Below are positions 31,089 through 44,560 of a stretch of 64,000 nt of DNA, piece after piece. Under the pieces are notes generated by a model that did not search any database, had not been told where the DNA came from, and was given only the letters and a program-made list of their open reading frames with translations. The stretch comes from the human T2T-CHM13v2.0 reference genome, Homo sapiens. Location: NCBI RefSeq assembly GCF_009914755.1, contig NC_060929.1. One strand, given 5' to 3'. A program made the translations under genes and the position numbers. Within the stretch, counting starts at the first letter, position 1. Every line of letters begins with the position of its first letter.

Positions 31089-34000
31089 TTTTTAAAAAAA
31101 CTTTTATTTTAAGTTCAGGGGTACATATGCAGGTTTGTTACATAAGTAAATGTGTGTCTGGAGATTTTGATGTGCAGATTATTTAATCACCCAAGTATTC
31201 AGCCTAGTACCCCATTAGTTATTTTTCCTGATCCTCTCCCTCCTCCCATCCTCCACCCTCCAATAGGCTTCAGTGTGTGTTGTTCCTCTCTAGGTGTCCA
31301 TGTGTTCTCATAATTTAGCTCCCACTTATAAGTGAGAACATGCATTATTTGGTTTTCTGTTCCTGTGTTAGTTTGCTAAGGATAATGGCTTCTGGCTCCA
31401 TCCATGTCCCTACAAAGGCATGATCTTGTTCTTTTTTATGGCTGCATGTATTCCATGGTGTATATTTACCACATTTTCTTTATCCAGTGTATCGCTGATG
31501 AACATTCAGGTTGATTCCATGTCTTTGCTATTGTGAATAGTGCTGCAATAAACATACACATGCATGTGTGTTTATAATAGAATGATTTATATTCCTCTAG
31601 GTTTATACCCAGTAATGGGATTGCTAGGTCAAATGGTATTTCTGTCTTTAGGTCTTTGAGGAATCTCACACTGTCTTCTACAATGGTTGAACCAATTTAC
31701 ACTCCCACCAACAATGTATAGCATTCCTTTTTCTCTGCAACCTTGCTAGTGTCTGTTATTTTTTGACTTTTTAATAATAGCCATTCTGACTGGTGTGAGA
31801 TGGTGTGATTTGCATTTCTTTAACAATCAGTAATGAGCTTTTTATTTTATGATTGTTGACCACATGTATGTCTTCTTTTGAGAAGCGTCTGTTCATGTCT
31901 TTGGCCTACTTTTTAATGGGGTTGTTTATTTTATTTTCTTGTAAATTTGTTTAAGTTTCTTACAGATGCTGAATATTAGACCTTTGTCAGATGCATAGTT
32001 GGTAAAAATTGTCTTCCAGTCTGTAGGTTGTCTGTTGACTTTGTTGATAGTTTCTTTTGCTGTGCAAAAGTTCTTCAGTTTAATTATATTCCATTTGTCC
32101 ATTTTTGCTTTTGTTGCAATTGCAACAAAATTGCAAATTTTGTTTTGAGAATTGGTGTCTTCTCATGAAATTTTTGCCCATTTCTATATGCTCAGTGGTA
32201 TTGCCTAAGTTGTCTTCCGAGGTTTTGTAGTTTTGGGTTTTACATTTAAGTCTTTAATCCATCTTGAGTTAATTTTTGTGTGTGTATAAGGAAGTGGTCC
32301 AGTTCCAATTTTCTGCATATGGCTAGCCAGTTATCCCAGCACCATTTATTGCATAAGAAATTCTTTCCCCATTGCTTGTTTGTGTCAGGTTTGTTGATCA
32401 GATAGCTGTAGGTGTGCAGTCCTATTTCTGGACTCTCTATTCTGTTTCATTGGTCTATGTGTCTGTTTTTGTATCAGTACCATGCTGTTTTGGTTACCAT
32501 AGCTCTGTAGTATAGTTTGAAGTTGGGTAGTGTGATGCCTCCAGCTTTGTTTTGTTTGTTTGTTTTTTGTTTTGTTTGTTTTGTTTAGGATTGCTTTGGC
32601 TATTCAGGCTCTTTTTTGGTTCCATATGAATTCTAAAATATTTTTTTCTAGTTCTGTGAAGAACGTCAATGGTAATTTAATGGGAATAGCATTGAATCTG
32701 TAAATTGCTTTGGGCAGTATGGCCATTTTAGCAATATTGATTCTTCCAGTCCGTGCGCATTGAGTGTTTTTCCATTTGTTTGTGTCATCTCTGATTTTTG
32801 GGCAGTGGTTTGTAGTTCTCCTTATCGAGATCTTTCACCTCCACTGTATTCCTAGGTACTTAATTCTTTTTGTGGCAATTGTGAATGGGAGTTTGTTTGT
32901 AATTTGGCTCTCTGCTTGAGTTTTGTTGGTGTATAGGAGTGCTAGCAATTTTTGCACATTGATTTTGTATCCTGAGACTTTGCTGAAGTTGCTTATCAGC
33001 TCAAGAAGCTTTTGGGCTGAGGCAGTGGGGTTTTCTAGATACAGGATCATGTCATCTGCAAACAGGGATAATTTGACTTCCTCTCTTCCTATTTGGATGC
33101 CCTTTACTTTTTTTCTCTTGCCTGATTTCCCTGGCCAGAACTTCCTATACTATGTTGAATACAAGTAGTGAGAGAGGGCATCCTTGTCTTGTGCCACTTT
33201 TCAAGGGAATTGTATTAGTCAGAGTTCTCTAAAGGGACAGAACTAATAGGATATATGAATATAAGAAGGGGAGTTTATTAGGAGAATTGACTCACACGAT
33301 CACAAGGTGAAGTCCCACAATAGGCCATCTGCAGCTGAGGAGCAAGGAAGCAAGTCTGAGTCCCAAAACCTCAAAAGTAGGGAAGCTGACAATGCAGCCT
33401 TCAATCTGCAGCTGAAGGCCCAAGAGTCCCTGGCAAATCACTGGTGTAAGTTCAAGAATCTAAAAACTGAAGGACTTGGAGTCTGAAGTTCGAGAGCAGG
33501 AAGCATCCAGCATGGGAGAAAGAGTAAGTCCAGAAGGCTCAGCAAGTCTGCTCATTCCGCTTTCTTCTGCCTGCTTTATTCTAGCCATGCTGGCAGCTGA
33601 TTAGATGGTACCCACCCAGATTGAAAGTTGTTCTGCCTCTCCCAGTCCACTGACTTAAATGTTAATCTCCTTTGGCAACACCCTCATAGACACACCCAGG
33701 AACAATATATTTTATCCTTCAATCCAATCACGCTGACACTGAATATTAACCATCACAGGAATGCTTCTAGCTTTTGCCCATTCCATATATCGGCAGTGGA
33801 TTTGTCATATATGGCTCTTATTATTTTAAGGTATGTTCCTTCAATGCCTAGTTTATTAAGAGTTTTTAACATGAAGGGATGCTGATTTTAATTGACAGCC
33901 TTTTCTGCATCTGTTGAGATAATCATGTGGTTCTTGTCTTTAGTTCTGTTTATGTGATGAATCACATTTATTGATTTGCATATATTGAACCAGCCTTGCG

Positions 34001-36412
34001 TCCCAGGGATGAAGCCAACTTGATTGTGGTGGATAAGCTTTTTGATGTGCTACTGTATTCAGGTTGCTAGTACTTTGTTGAGGATTTTTGCATTGACATT
34101 CATCAAGGATATTGGCCTGAAGTTTTCCTTTTTTGTGGTATCAAACACTGCCAGGTTTTGGTATCATGGTGATTCTGGCCTCATAGAATGAGTTAGGGAG
34201 GAGTCCCTCTTTTTTAATTTTTTGGAATAGTTTTAGTAGGAATAGTTCCAGCTCTTCTTTGTACATCTAGTAGAATTCAGCTATGAATCTGTCTGGTCCT
34301 GGGCTTTTTTGGTTGGTAGGCTATTTATTACTGCCTCAATTTCAGAACTTGTTATTGGTCTGTTTAGGGATTCAGTTTCCTCCTGGTTCAGTCCTGGGAT
34401 GGTGTATGTGTCAGGAATTTATCAATTTCTTCTAGACTTTCTAGTTTATGTGGATAAAGGTGTTTATAATATTCTCTGATGGTTTTTCTTTCTATGGGGT
34501 CAGCGATACCCCGTATCTTTTAGATACACCAATCAATCAGATTTGGTGTGTTTACATAATCCCATATTTCTCAGAGGTTTTGTTCATTCTTTTTCATTCT
34601 TTTTTGACTATTCTTGTCTGCCTGTCTTATTTCAGAAAGACCGTTTTCAAACTCTGAGATCCTTTCCTTACCTTGGTCTATTCTGTTATTAATACTTGTG
34701 ATTGCATTATGAAATTCTTGTATTATGGTTTTCAGCTCTATCAGGTTGGTTACATTCTTCTCTATACTGGCTGTTTTGTCCGTCAGCCTCTGCAATGTTG
34801 TATCACAATTTTTAGCTTCTTCGCATTGGGTTACAACATGCTCCATTAGCTCAGTGAAGTTTGTTTTTATTCATATTCTGAATTCTACTTCGGTCATTTC
34901 AGCCATCTCAGCTTAAGCGCAGTTCTGAGCCCTTTCTGGAGAGGTGATGTGGTCATTTGGAGGAAAGAGGCCACTCTGGCTTTTTGAGTTTTCAGTGCTC
35001 TTGCACTGATTCTTCCTCATCTTTGTGGACTTATCTACCTTTGATCTTTGAAGTTGCTGACCTTTGGATGGGTTTTTATTTTTTAGTTTGTTTGTTTCTT
35101 TTAATAGTCTAGTCAGTTTTCCATAGGGCTACTGCAGTTTTCTGGGGATCCACTCCAGTCCCTAGTCACCTTGAATTTTCCAGTACCTGTAGACATCACC
35201 AATGAAGGCTGCGAAACAGCAAAGCTGGCAGCCTGCGCCTTTCTCTGGGAGCTCCTTCCCAGGGAGATACAGACCTGTTGCCGGCCTGAATGCACTTGTA
35301 GGAGGGGGCTAGAGACCCCAGTTAGGAGGTCTCACCCATTTAGGAGGAACAGGATCAGAGACCTGCTTAAAGAAGCAGTCTAGCTATGCTTTCATAGAGC
35401 AGCTGTGCTGTGCTGGGATACCGCTTCCACCCCTGGTCAACTTGGACTCTCCAAAGCCCGGAGCCTGGAATGGCTATGTCACCGAAACAGCAAAGATGGC
35501 GGCCTAACTCTCCCTCTGGGAGCTCTGTCTCAGGAAGTTCTCAAATCTCTGTCAGCCTGAGAACATGGGCAGGGTGGCTGGAGGCCCCAGTGGGGAGCTC
35601 CTGCCCGGGGAGGAGGAACAGATCAGGGGGCCACTTTAAAGAAGCAGCCTGGCCACATTTTGGTAGAACAACTGTGCTGTGCTGGGAGATCCCTTTTGTT
35701 TCTGGTCGGTTTGGACTCTCCAAAGTTCACAGGTTGGAACTGCAGAGTTATCCAAACAGCAAAGATGGTGGCCCTTCCCTCCCCCAAGGAACTCTGTCCC
35801 AGGTAGGGGGCGACACTGTTGCCAGTGGTTGGCTGGAATTCTAAGCCAGTGGGTCTTGTCCTTTGAGGCACTGTGGAAGTGGGGCCTGCGGACCATCACT
35901 GCTTAGCCCCCTCGATTCAGCCTTCTTCCTAGGGGTATGTACAGAGGTCCAACCTCCTGCCTTGACAGAGCTGCAGTCACTATTGCCAGGAAGTGTGGAG
36001 CCTAAGTATGTAGAGCTGCGCCTCTGTGCGTGCCTGAGTGGCTGCTCTGCCAAGAGTCCACACAGCTCTGTGTCAGACCAAAGGCCCTGGTGGAGTGGGT
36101 TTAGGAGGAGATCTCCTGACTCAGGGTTGCAAAGATCCATGGGAGAAGCATGGTTTCCCAGGGTCACACATTTGAATACTCACCACTTCCCTAGGTGGGG
36201 GAGGTTCCCCTGGCTCCATGTCGCTCCAGGGTGGGCTGTTGTGCTGTCTTGCTTTTCTTCATTCTCCAGGGGTCGAGTTGTTTCCTTGATTAGTACCAAT
36301 GCGAGTACCTGGATGTTTCAGTTGAAGGGGCTATATTTACTCGCCCCTTTGGTTGCTCTCCATGAGAGCCACGTACCCTAGCTGTTTCTAGTCGTCCATC
36401 TTGGCCTGAATC
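31089..36412 (-). mobile_element. L1PA10-12-like LINE-1 with both ends, an internal deletion near 34510 and a nested MLT2A LTR
   Basis: 3' UTR at 31089; ORF2 remnants (MILYLENP..); ORF1 remnant 34571-34846; GC-rich 5' UTR ending ccatcttggcc; TSD taagtaacttta at 31077-31088 and 36413-36424. Confidence 0.92.
33211..33757 (-). mobile_element. MLT2A (probably MLT2A2) HERV-L solo LTR
   Basis: tgtattagtc...aaccatcaca, TG...CA termini, 547 bp, 5-bp TSD ggaat at 33206-33210 and 33758-33762. Confidence 0.92.
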
Positions 36413-36726
36413 TAAGTAACTTTAATTTGGGCCATAAAGAGGCAATTGAAAAATTCCCAAAGTCACTTATTTCCTTGACTACACAAAGGAATTGTGGTAT
36501 TGCTAAGCTGGATTTTCTAATAAAGATCAAAATCCTGATAGAACAAATATTTTTCAAAATATTCATTCAATAATTTTTAAAGTACCACCTCTTTTATAGC
36601 ATTTAAAAGAGTAAATACCCCAAAAGAGTAGGTACTTAAAATGACAGAAAAATAAATCTCCCATGGGTACCTCCTGCCTTTGACAACCTTACAGACTCAC
36701 AAGGGAGATTAAAACCTTTGCAAGTT

Positions 36727-37041
<315 letters not shown>

Positions 37042-37072
37042 CTAGAAATTGGCCAAATAGGAGTAAAAGCTA

Positions 37073-37385
<313 letters not shown>

Positions 37386-37608
37386 GAAACAGAATGCAGA
37401 AAGAATAACAAGGGTAGAAATTTAGAAACAGTAGTAGAGAATGGAGAACACTGGAACTGTATTGGAGATACATGTAAGGGATAAGTGCAAGAGAGAATAG
37501 AGCAGGGGGAAATGACTGATCCCAAGCCCGCAGTTGAATGTTGCTGTTTCCACCCCCACAAACCATTCAGTGCTGGGCTTTTTATGAAGACAAGTCCTGG
37601 TGCTATTA

Positions 37609-37928
37609 CAGATGATCCTTGGTTTGCAGTGAGGTTATGTCCCAATAAGCCTATCATATGTTGAAAATATCATCATGTAGAAAATGCATTTAATACACCT
37701 AGACTACTAAACATCATAGCTTAGCCTAGCCTACTTTAAATGTGTTCAGAACACTTACATTAACCTACAGTTGGGCAAAATCATCTAACACAAAGCTTAC
37801 TTTATAATAAAGTTTTGAATAACTTATGTAATTCATTGAATAAGTACTGAAATGAAAAACAGAATGGTTTCATACCATGGTAAAGTCAAAAATCCTAAGT
37901 CAAACTACTGTAAGTCAGTGACAGTCTG
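37609..37928 (+). mobile_element. MER47A-like Tigger MITE
   Basis: TA|cagatg...catcatagcttagcctagcctac...acagttgggcaaaatcatctaacacaaagc...gtctg. Confidence 0.85.
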
Positions 37929-38489
37929 TGCCTAAATGAATAAGGCTGGCTGTTAGAGCTGGTCACAAGAGATAGTGGCTGGTGAATGGATAAAGCTAAG
38001 ACTTTAGAGCCAGTTCAACCAGGGTTTAATTCCCAGTCGCTAATTATATGGCATTAGGAAAGTTTCTTAATCTCTCTGGGCCTCAGTTTCCAAATCTCTA
38101 AAATGGGATCAATAATTCTTATTTTTCTAACATGTAGTTAGGGTCACACCTAGCCTGGCTTTCTCTTTCTGGTTTAATATTCTTTGCATGTTGTTCATAA
38201 ACTTTGAAAGACTGCTTAGTTGAGCGTGGATGGTTTTTAGAGCCAGAGACAGGGTCAGATCTGAATTCAAATACAACCATTACTACTTAATGTATAAATT
38301 TGAGGAATTCATTTTATTTCTATTTCTTCAATTTTGTAGTGAAGAGTGAATCAACTGAAATGATAAAACAGTGGCCTTCAAGATCATATTCCCTACAATA
38401 TATTTTCTCACAGTCTCCTATACAACATTGCAGGCTAAGCAGATATTATTGATCTTTTGTTTTTTGAGTCTTATTTTTAAGAGATTTAT

Positions 38490-38750
38490 TGAATAATAGT
38501 AATAATTATACTAATAACTTAGACTTATGTGCCAGGCTTCAAAGTAAACATTTATGTATATTATCTTATATAATTTTCACAACAACCCTGAAGTGTAGAT
38601 ACTTTTATAATTTCCATTTTATAGATGGGAAGCCTGATGCTTAGAAAATTAAATAACTTGCTCCAGGTGACACAGACAGTAAGTGATGAAGCTGGGATTT
38701 GAACCCAGAAAATCTGACTTTAGAATCTCATAAGCACTATACTATACTGT
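38490..38750 (-). mobile_element. MIR SINE
   Basis: tatgtgccaggc...ccattttatagatggg...aacttgctccaggtgacacag...gggatttgaacccag. Confidence 0.8.
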
Positions 38751-39129
38751 CTTCCATGTGATTCTGATAACTTCCCTAAAGGCAGCTGCCCCACTCCCTT
38801 CCCATTGCTGCAAAGCATCCAGCACAGTACCCAGGCCCCAGCAGCCACTTAACAAATGTGGGCTCTATCTCTGCAGCCCATCTGCCAAGTGTTAGAGCTA
38901 AGGCCTGATGATATTTTTGCTTGCTGGAGCAAATCAGAAAAGAAACCTCTGTAAATGAAAAACTTTTCTAAGTCCCTTCCTTTATAAATTGAACAGTAAC
39001 TAATTCAAATTTCCAGAATAATATAATTTTGATATTGTCTTGAAGTTTGCTGTATTTTGGTTTGGCTTGTATGCCATAAATATACCCAGTCGAATTTAGA
39101 TGATTAGGAGGTATGATTTTAAACATATG

Positions 39130-39345
39130 AAACTGTCCCCTCTTTATCTTCTCTACACTATTATATTCTCTTCATGACACATATCACCACCAACCATATG
39201 TTTGTGTGTTTATTTTCTGCAACCCCTTCAGTAGTACATGTGCTACAGTAGAGAAGGGACTTAATCTGTTTTATTCCCTGCTGTAACTCCAGTACCTAAA
39301 ATAATATGGAGTAGGTACTCAAAAAAATTTGTTTTATGGATAAAA
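39130..39345 (+). mobile_element. L2 3' end just upstream of exon 3
   Basis: gggacttaatctgttttattccctgctgtaactccagtacctaaaata...gtaggtactcaa. Confidence 0.7.
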
Positions 39346-39398
39346 ATGTTTGTGTAAATTATGGGAAACTGACATTTAAATATTATTTTTCTTTCTAG

Positions 39399-39439
39399 CT
39401 TGGATTAGAAGAACAAGAAAGACTCCACCTACTATGGAG
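39399..39439 (+). CDS. NDUFAF2: NDUFAF2 coding exon 3, 41 nt, phase 1-0
   Basis: Branch-like ctgAc at 39369-39373, pyrimidine tract ttttctttctag|CT, donor GAG|gtaaga. Splices in frame to exon 2 (G|CT = Ala) giving (A)WIRRTRKTPPTME, completing the NDUFA12-family IPxEWxxW...PPT motif. Confidence 0.97.
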
Positions 39440-42109
39440 GTAAGACTACACAAGGAGGATATCATTTAGGAGTATATATTCCCAAGGATATACGAAGCTT
39501 CAGAAAAACTATGATGTATTTTCTCAAAGTGTTGATTTTATTCCATCACAGAAAATAACTTAAAACATTTTATAATAAATTAATATATAAACCTATATTA
39601 TTAATAAAATAATATATGATAAAATAAATGCTCATATTATGGAATATAACAAAATTTGTATAAATTTTAAAGTGAAATAATAAAAATTTAAAACAAAATT
39701 AAAACACTCTGTAGAAAGTCTGAACTTGGAGCAGTTTGCACCAGGTTATTTCCCCTGGGCCCTGGGGGTTCTCTGTGCCAATACTCAAGCTTTTGTGGAA
39801 AAGTTTGAGAAACACTGAATCTCTTTGTCTTGTCCAAATCATGCTCTTATGTTTCCCTTAATATTATGAATTTAAATCCATCAAGTATCCAAAGAAACTT
39901 TAAAATACAGAATTAGCAATTATTTTATAACAGTAATTATTAGTTGACTTTTTATTTAAAACTAAAAAATTTGTAGTCAGTGATAAACAATAAAAAAACA
40001 TAGAAATGCTATGGTATATATGTTTTACAATATAATTTTTATATAGATTATTTTATAAAAATTATAATTTTAATTTTAAAAATATGTAAAGACCTCTAAA
40101 GTTATTTTATAAGAAGTAATTTCATAAAAGGAGAGTCTCTAAATGCATTAGTGTACTGCCTTGTTTACTTTTTGTCTAGAGGCATTCCCTTTCTTCTACT
40201 ATTTAGGACTTCCCTCCTCTCTTCTGTTGCCTATTCTGTCACTACTACAAGCCCTGATGACAACATAAATGGGCTCCGGTACTCAATCCCCATTTGTTGG
40301 GAAGTGGAGTGCTCTAGAGCAGGATAATGATGATACCTCAACTGGCATGCTTATGTTTATTTGCTCCATACATTTGTCATATACTGAACCCATTAATGTT
40401 CATTCGGCCAGGGTCTGACTGAGTACATCTCTTGACCCATTTCTAGCTTTGTATGTTGCTTCTGCCTTGGCCTACTTTTCGCAGACCCTTCTTTCCAACA
40501 TTGATAAAATTTGGAATAAAAGCTGTTTTGGGGGGAAAAAATAAAAGGCAATATGATCCAGGATTCAGAAGTATGCCCAGTAGTTTACAGTGAAGGATGG
40601 ATTGAAGAGCCTTCTGATTCTCCTTCTCTTGGTCATAATAAGAGCTACTGTTATCATTTGCTTCATCCATCCTCAGAACTTTGAAAGCCTTATTCATAGA
40701 AACATTAATATGCAAAGTGATTAATGGAGGCAATTGCAATAGTTGGGCCTCAGGCACAACTTCTGTAAATTTTAGGTAATTTCAGCACCTCAAACAATCT
40801 CTAGCCAGAACACACCAAGTCCTTCCATCCCTGAGCTCACTCTTGTTAATTTTGATTATCCAAAATGAGCCCTCTTTTGTTGCCTCCCTTTAAGTGTACT
40901 ATCAATCACATTGTTCTTTATGCTGCTTCGTACCCTCCCTAATACACACACACACACACACACTCTTTTCCTTCCTCTTGGCCCTTTCCATTGTGTTTCA
41001 GGAATTTCTGTTTCTTTGTTAGCAAATTACCATTCACCATTAATATTTTCCTGGAAACTTTCTCTACCACAGAACCTCAACTGAAATCCGTCTGTGCCTG
41101 CAAGATAGTGAGTTCCTTTTTTTCCTTGAAGTAAGTTGTGCTCGCTTTCCCACGCCCCACATAAAGAAAGTGAGTTCAACTGCTTCTTGCTTCCCCAAAT
41201 AGTCTTTGTTTGTGGACCCAAGAGAGTGGAGGACCTTTGTAATCCATGTGTATTTCTCTGTACCTGACCATCATTTTTATGTTTGCCAACATCCAAGCCA
41301 GTCTACCTTACTGATGGTCGAGATTAGAACCTGGAATATGGTCTTCTCCTTTCAATGCTTTCCCAAATTTTAGCTTTCCAGTTCTTTGACTTCATCCATA
41401 CTAGTATCCCTGCCTCAAGTGAACAACCACTTCATTAGGCACACTTTAGTTTTTATCAAACACAGTTCTTACCACTGTAACTTTTACACTCTTCAAATCC
41501 AAATTCTAGATACATCATATTAAGAGGAAAAAATTTTTCTTAATGTAAAGTAAAACATATATTTATAAACCGTAACAAAAAAATAGCTTATTTAGTTATT
41601 AAGCTGTGAAATTATAAGGCAAATTCCACCCAGGTCAAGAAACACAACTTTGCCATCTACTTCAGCCCCATATATCCCATCCTAATCACAACCTTCTCTC
41701 TCTTGACAAAAGAAAACCTTAAGCCAACTTTTATAGTAATCATTTCCTCTCATTTTAAATAGTTTTTTCACCTAAATGTACATTATAGTTTAGACTTGTC
41801 CATTTCGTAAAAACTTCGTATTTGTTTTAAATCTTTCAGTCTATCCTCTTCCATTTCTTTTACTTCCTTAGAAATTTATGTGTTAAAATACCCAGCCCAG
41901 TTGGCCTACAGAATTTGCCACAGTCTAGATTTTGCTGATCTTATGTTCCTGGTGCACTTCATCATGTTCCTCTGTCCACTGTTTTCCTTCCAAGTTGACA
42001 ACTGGATCCAGAAACTAGATTTTTTTTCCAGATCTTTTAGTGAATACCCAACTCCAAATAAACTTTCTTTCATATCTCCTATATATTATTGCTAAAGGTT
42101 AGCCAGCAG

Positions 42110-43480
42110 CCATTAGAATGTCATTTACAACAGTATTAGAAAACATAGAATACTGTGGAATTTAGTGAGCAAAACATGTGCAAGATCTGTGTACTCAAAA
42201 CTACAAAATGTTGGTAAGATACATTAAATAAGACCTAAATAAATGGGGAGAAGTATCTGTTCATGGATTGGAATGTACAATATTGCTAATGTATTCATTC
42301 TTCCCAAACTGATCCACAGTAGTTCTTATGCTTTTATTTTGCATCTGCATCACCTGAAAGACTTGTTAAAACACAGATTGCTGGACCCCAAGCTTAGAGT
42401 TTTTGATCCATTAGTTTTGAGGTAGGGCCTGAATATTTGCATTTATAACATGTTGCTGGATGATGCTGATGCTGATGGTTCATAGCCCATATTTTGTGAA
42501 CCACTGATTTATAGATTTAATAAAATGAATATCCAGTTAAAACCATGTCAGACTTTTTTGATAGAAATCAACATGCTGATTTGAAAATATATTTGGAAAT
42601 GTAAAAGACCTAGAATAGCTGAAAGCAGCCATGAAAAAGGAGATGAAAATTAAAGGGCTAATACTGTCTGACTTTAAGAATTACTTTAAAACTATAGTTA
42701 TCTAGACAGTATGATACTGGCATTAGGATACTGGGTAAATAAATCAATGGAAAAAACAAAAGTCCAAAAAGTAGATACTGTACAACCAGTTGGTTTTTAA
42801 CAATGACATCAAAACAACACAATTAGGAATGGAAAGTCTTTTTAGCAAATGGTTCTGGAATAACTTAATATCCATATGGGGAAAAATTGATCCCTACCTC
42901 ACGTCATACACAAATATTAATTTAAGATGGATTATAGACTAGACATAAAAGCCAAACTATTGTGCTTCTAGAAGAAAAAAACAATGGAATATCTTTGCAA
43001 TTTTGAGGTAGACAGGAGACAGAACAATCTGTAAAGGAAAAATACAGATTAATCAGATTTAATCAGAATTAAATTCTAATGCTCATTATAAGAGAACATT
43101 AGGAAATCAAAAGACTAGGAGAAAATAATCATAGTACATATATCTGACAAAGGAATTGTATCTAGGCTATATAAAGAACACCTCAACTCAGTGTTATAAA
43201 AAAGAAGCTAACAAATATTGGGCAGAAATCTTGAACAAGCACTCTGTAAGACACGTTTTAAGTATATGAAAATATACTTAGCAACACTAGTAATCAGTGG
43301 AACCACAGTGAGATACCACTACACACCCATTAAAATGGCTTAAATTTAAAAGATTGACAACAGCCATCACTGGAGCACCCACAACTTTTATACAGTGCTG
43401 GTTGGGGTGAAAATGATACAATCATGTTTGAAAACTGACAGTTTGTTATAAAATCAAACATACATATACCCTGTGATCAA
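42110..43480 (+). mobile_element. Old L1M ORF2 remnant
   Basis: gacctaaataaatgg...ttcatggattgga, accacagtgagataccactacacaccca. Confidence 0.8.
42317..42506 (+). mobile_element. MER5A (hAT-Charlie MITE)
   Basis: Terminal inverted repeats cagtagttc...gaaccactg; cttgttaaaacacagattgctgg core. Confidence 0.85.
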
Positions 43481-44192
43481 ACAGTAATTCTCCCGGCCAC
43501 CTTGAAAACTGAAGGGATCAATTTTTAGTCACACTTTCTGGGAGCTCTGGCCAACAGTAGGTCTAACACCTTGGCATACTATGCAAGGCTTCCTGATTTG
43601 GGCCCAGCCCGACTTTCTAGCTTTGTCTCCTTAGGCTACCCTACTCTTCTGTACCCTACTCTACCCTACTCTTCAAGGAACTCCCTGCTGTTTCTCAAGT
43701 TTAATGTCTTCTCCTTCTCCCATCAACTGGCATACTCCTGCTTATGTTTAATTCCTTTTAAAAGGCCCTTTAAAATCCTTGGTTGTTTTCCTCACCTTTT
43801 TTTCCCTCAACTTCTTAACTGATAGAGCTAATCACTACTTTCTCGGTATAACTACACTGCTGTGTACTCCTGTATAACTCTTTAAGTTCAATATTAAAAT
43901 TCTGTGTTTTATTTGTCCATATTTCTAACTATTAGCTGTTTGGCACAGGGATTATAACTTATTCATTTGTGTGTCATAAGCACCTAACACAGAGCCTGAT
44001 TCATTATTGGTTTCATTGGCCATTATAGACTTAAAAATCTCAATACTATGTAATTACATGGTTTCTGTGAGATGGGTTTGAATTTCTATCAGCCAACTAC
44101 AAAATAATGTTGTAAAAGTAAACATATTTCCAAATTGATTGTTGTCTGTATTTTGTTCATAGGAATTCACATTTACCTGCAGGTTACCAGTG

Positions 44193-44560
44193 AAGGCGGT
44201 CCCTTACTTAGGATAGTTCAGCTTAGGATTTTTTAACTTCATGATGGTGAAAAAGCAATATGCATTCAGTAGAAACTATACTTCTGAGTACCCATACAGC
44301 CATTCTGTTTTTCACTTTCAATACAGTATTCAATAAATTACATGAGATATTTAACACTTTATTATTAAATAGGCTTTGTGTTAAGATAATTTTGCCCAAC
44401 TGTAAGCTAATGTAAGCGTTCTGAGCATGTTTAAGACAGGTTAGGCTAAGCTATAATGTTTGGTAGGTTAAGTGTATCAAATGCATTTTGACTTAAGATA
44501 TTTTCAATTTTGTGATGGGTTTATAAGGACATAACCCCATCATAAGTTGAGGAGCATCTG
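44193..44560 (-). mobile_element. MER47A-like Tigger MITE, inverted relative to the 37609 copy
   Basis: Reverse-complement match, e.g. gctttgtgttaagataattttgcccaactgta; ends gagcatctg. Confidence 0.85.

Noticed and set aside
35410-36381. Cluster of overlapping 75-172 aa ORFs
   Set aside because: GC-rich L1 5' UTR with few stop codons; no protein family evident.
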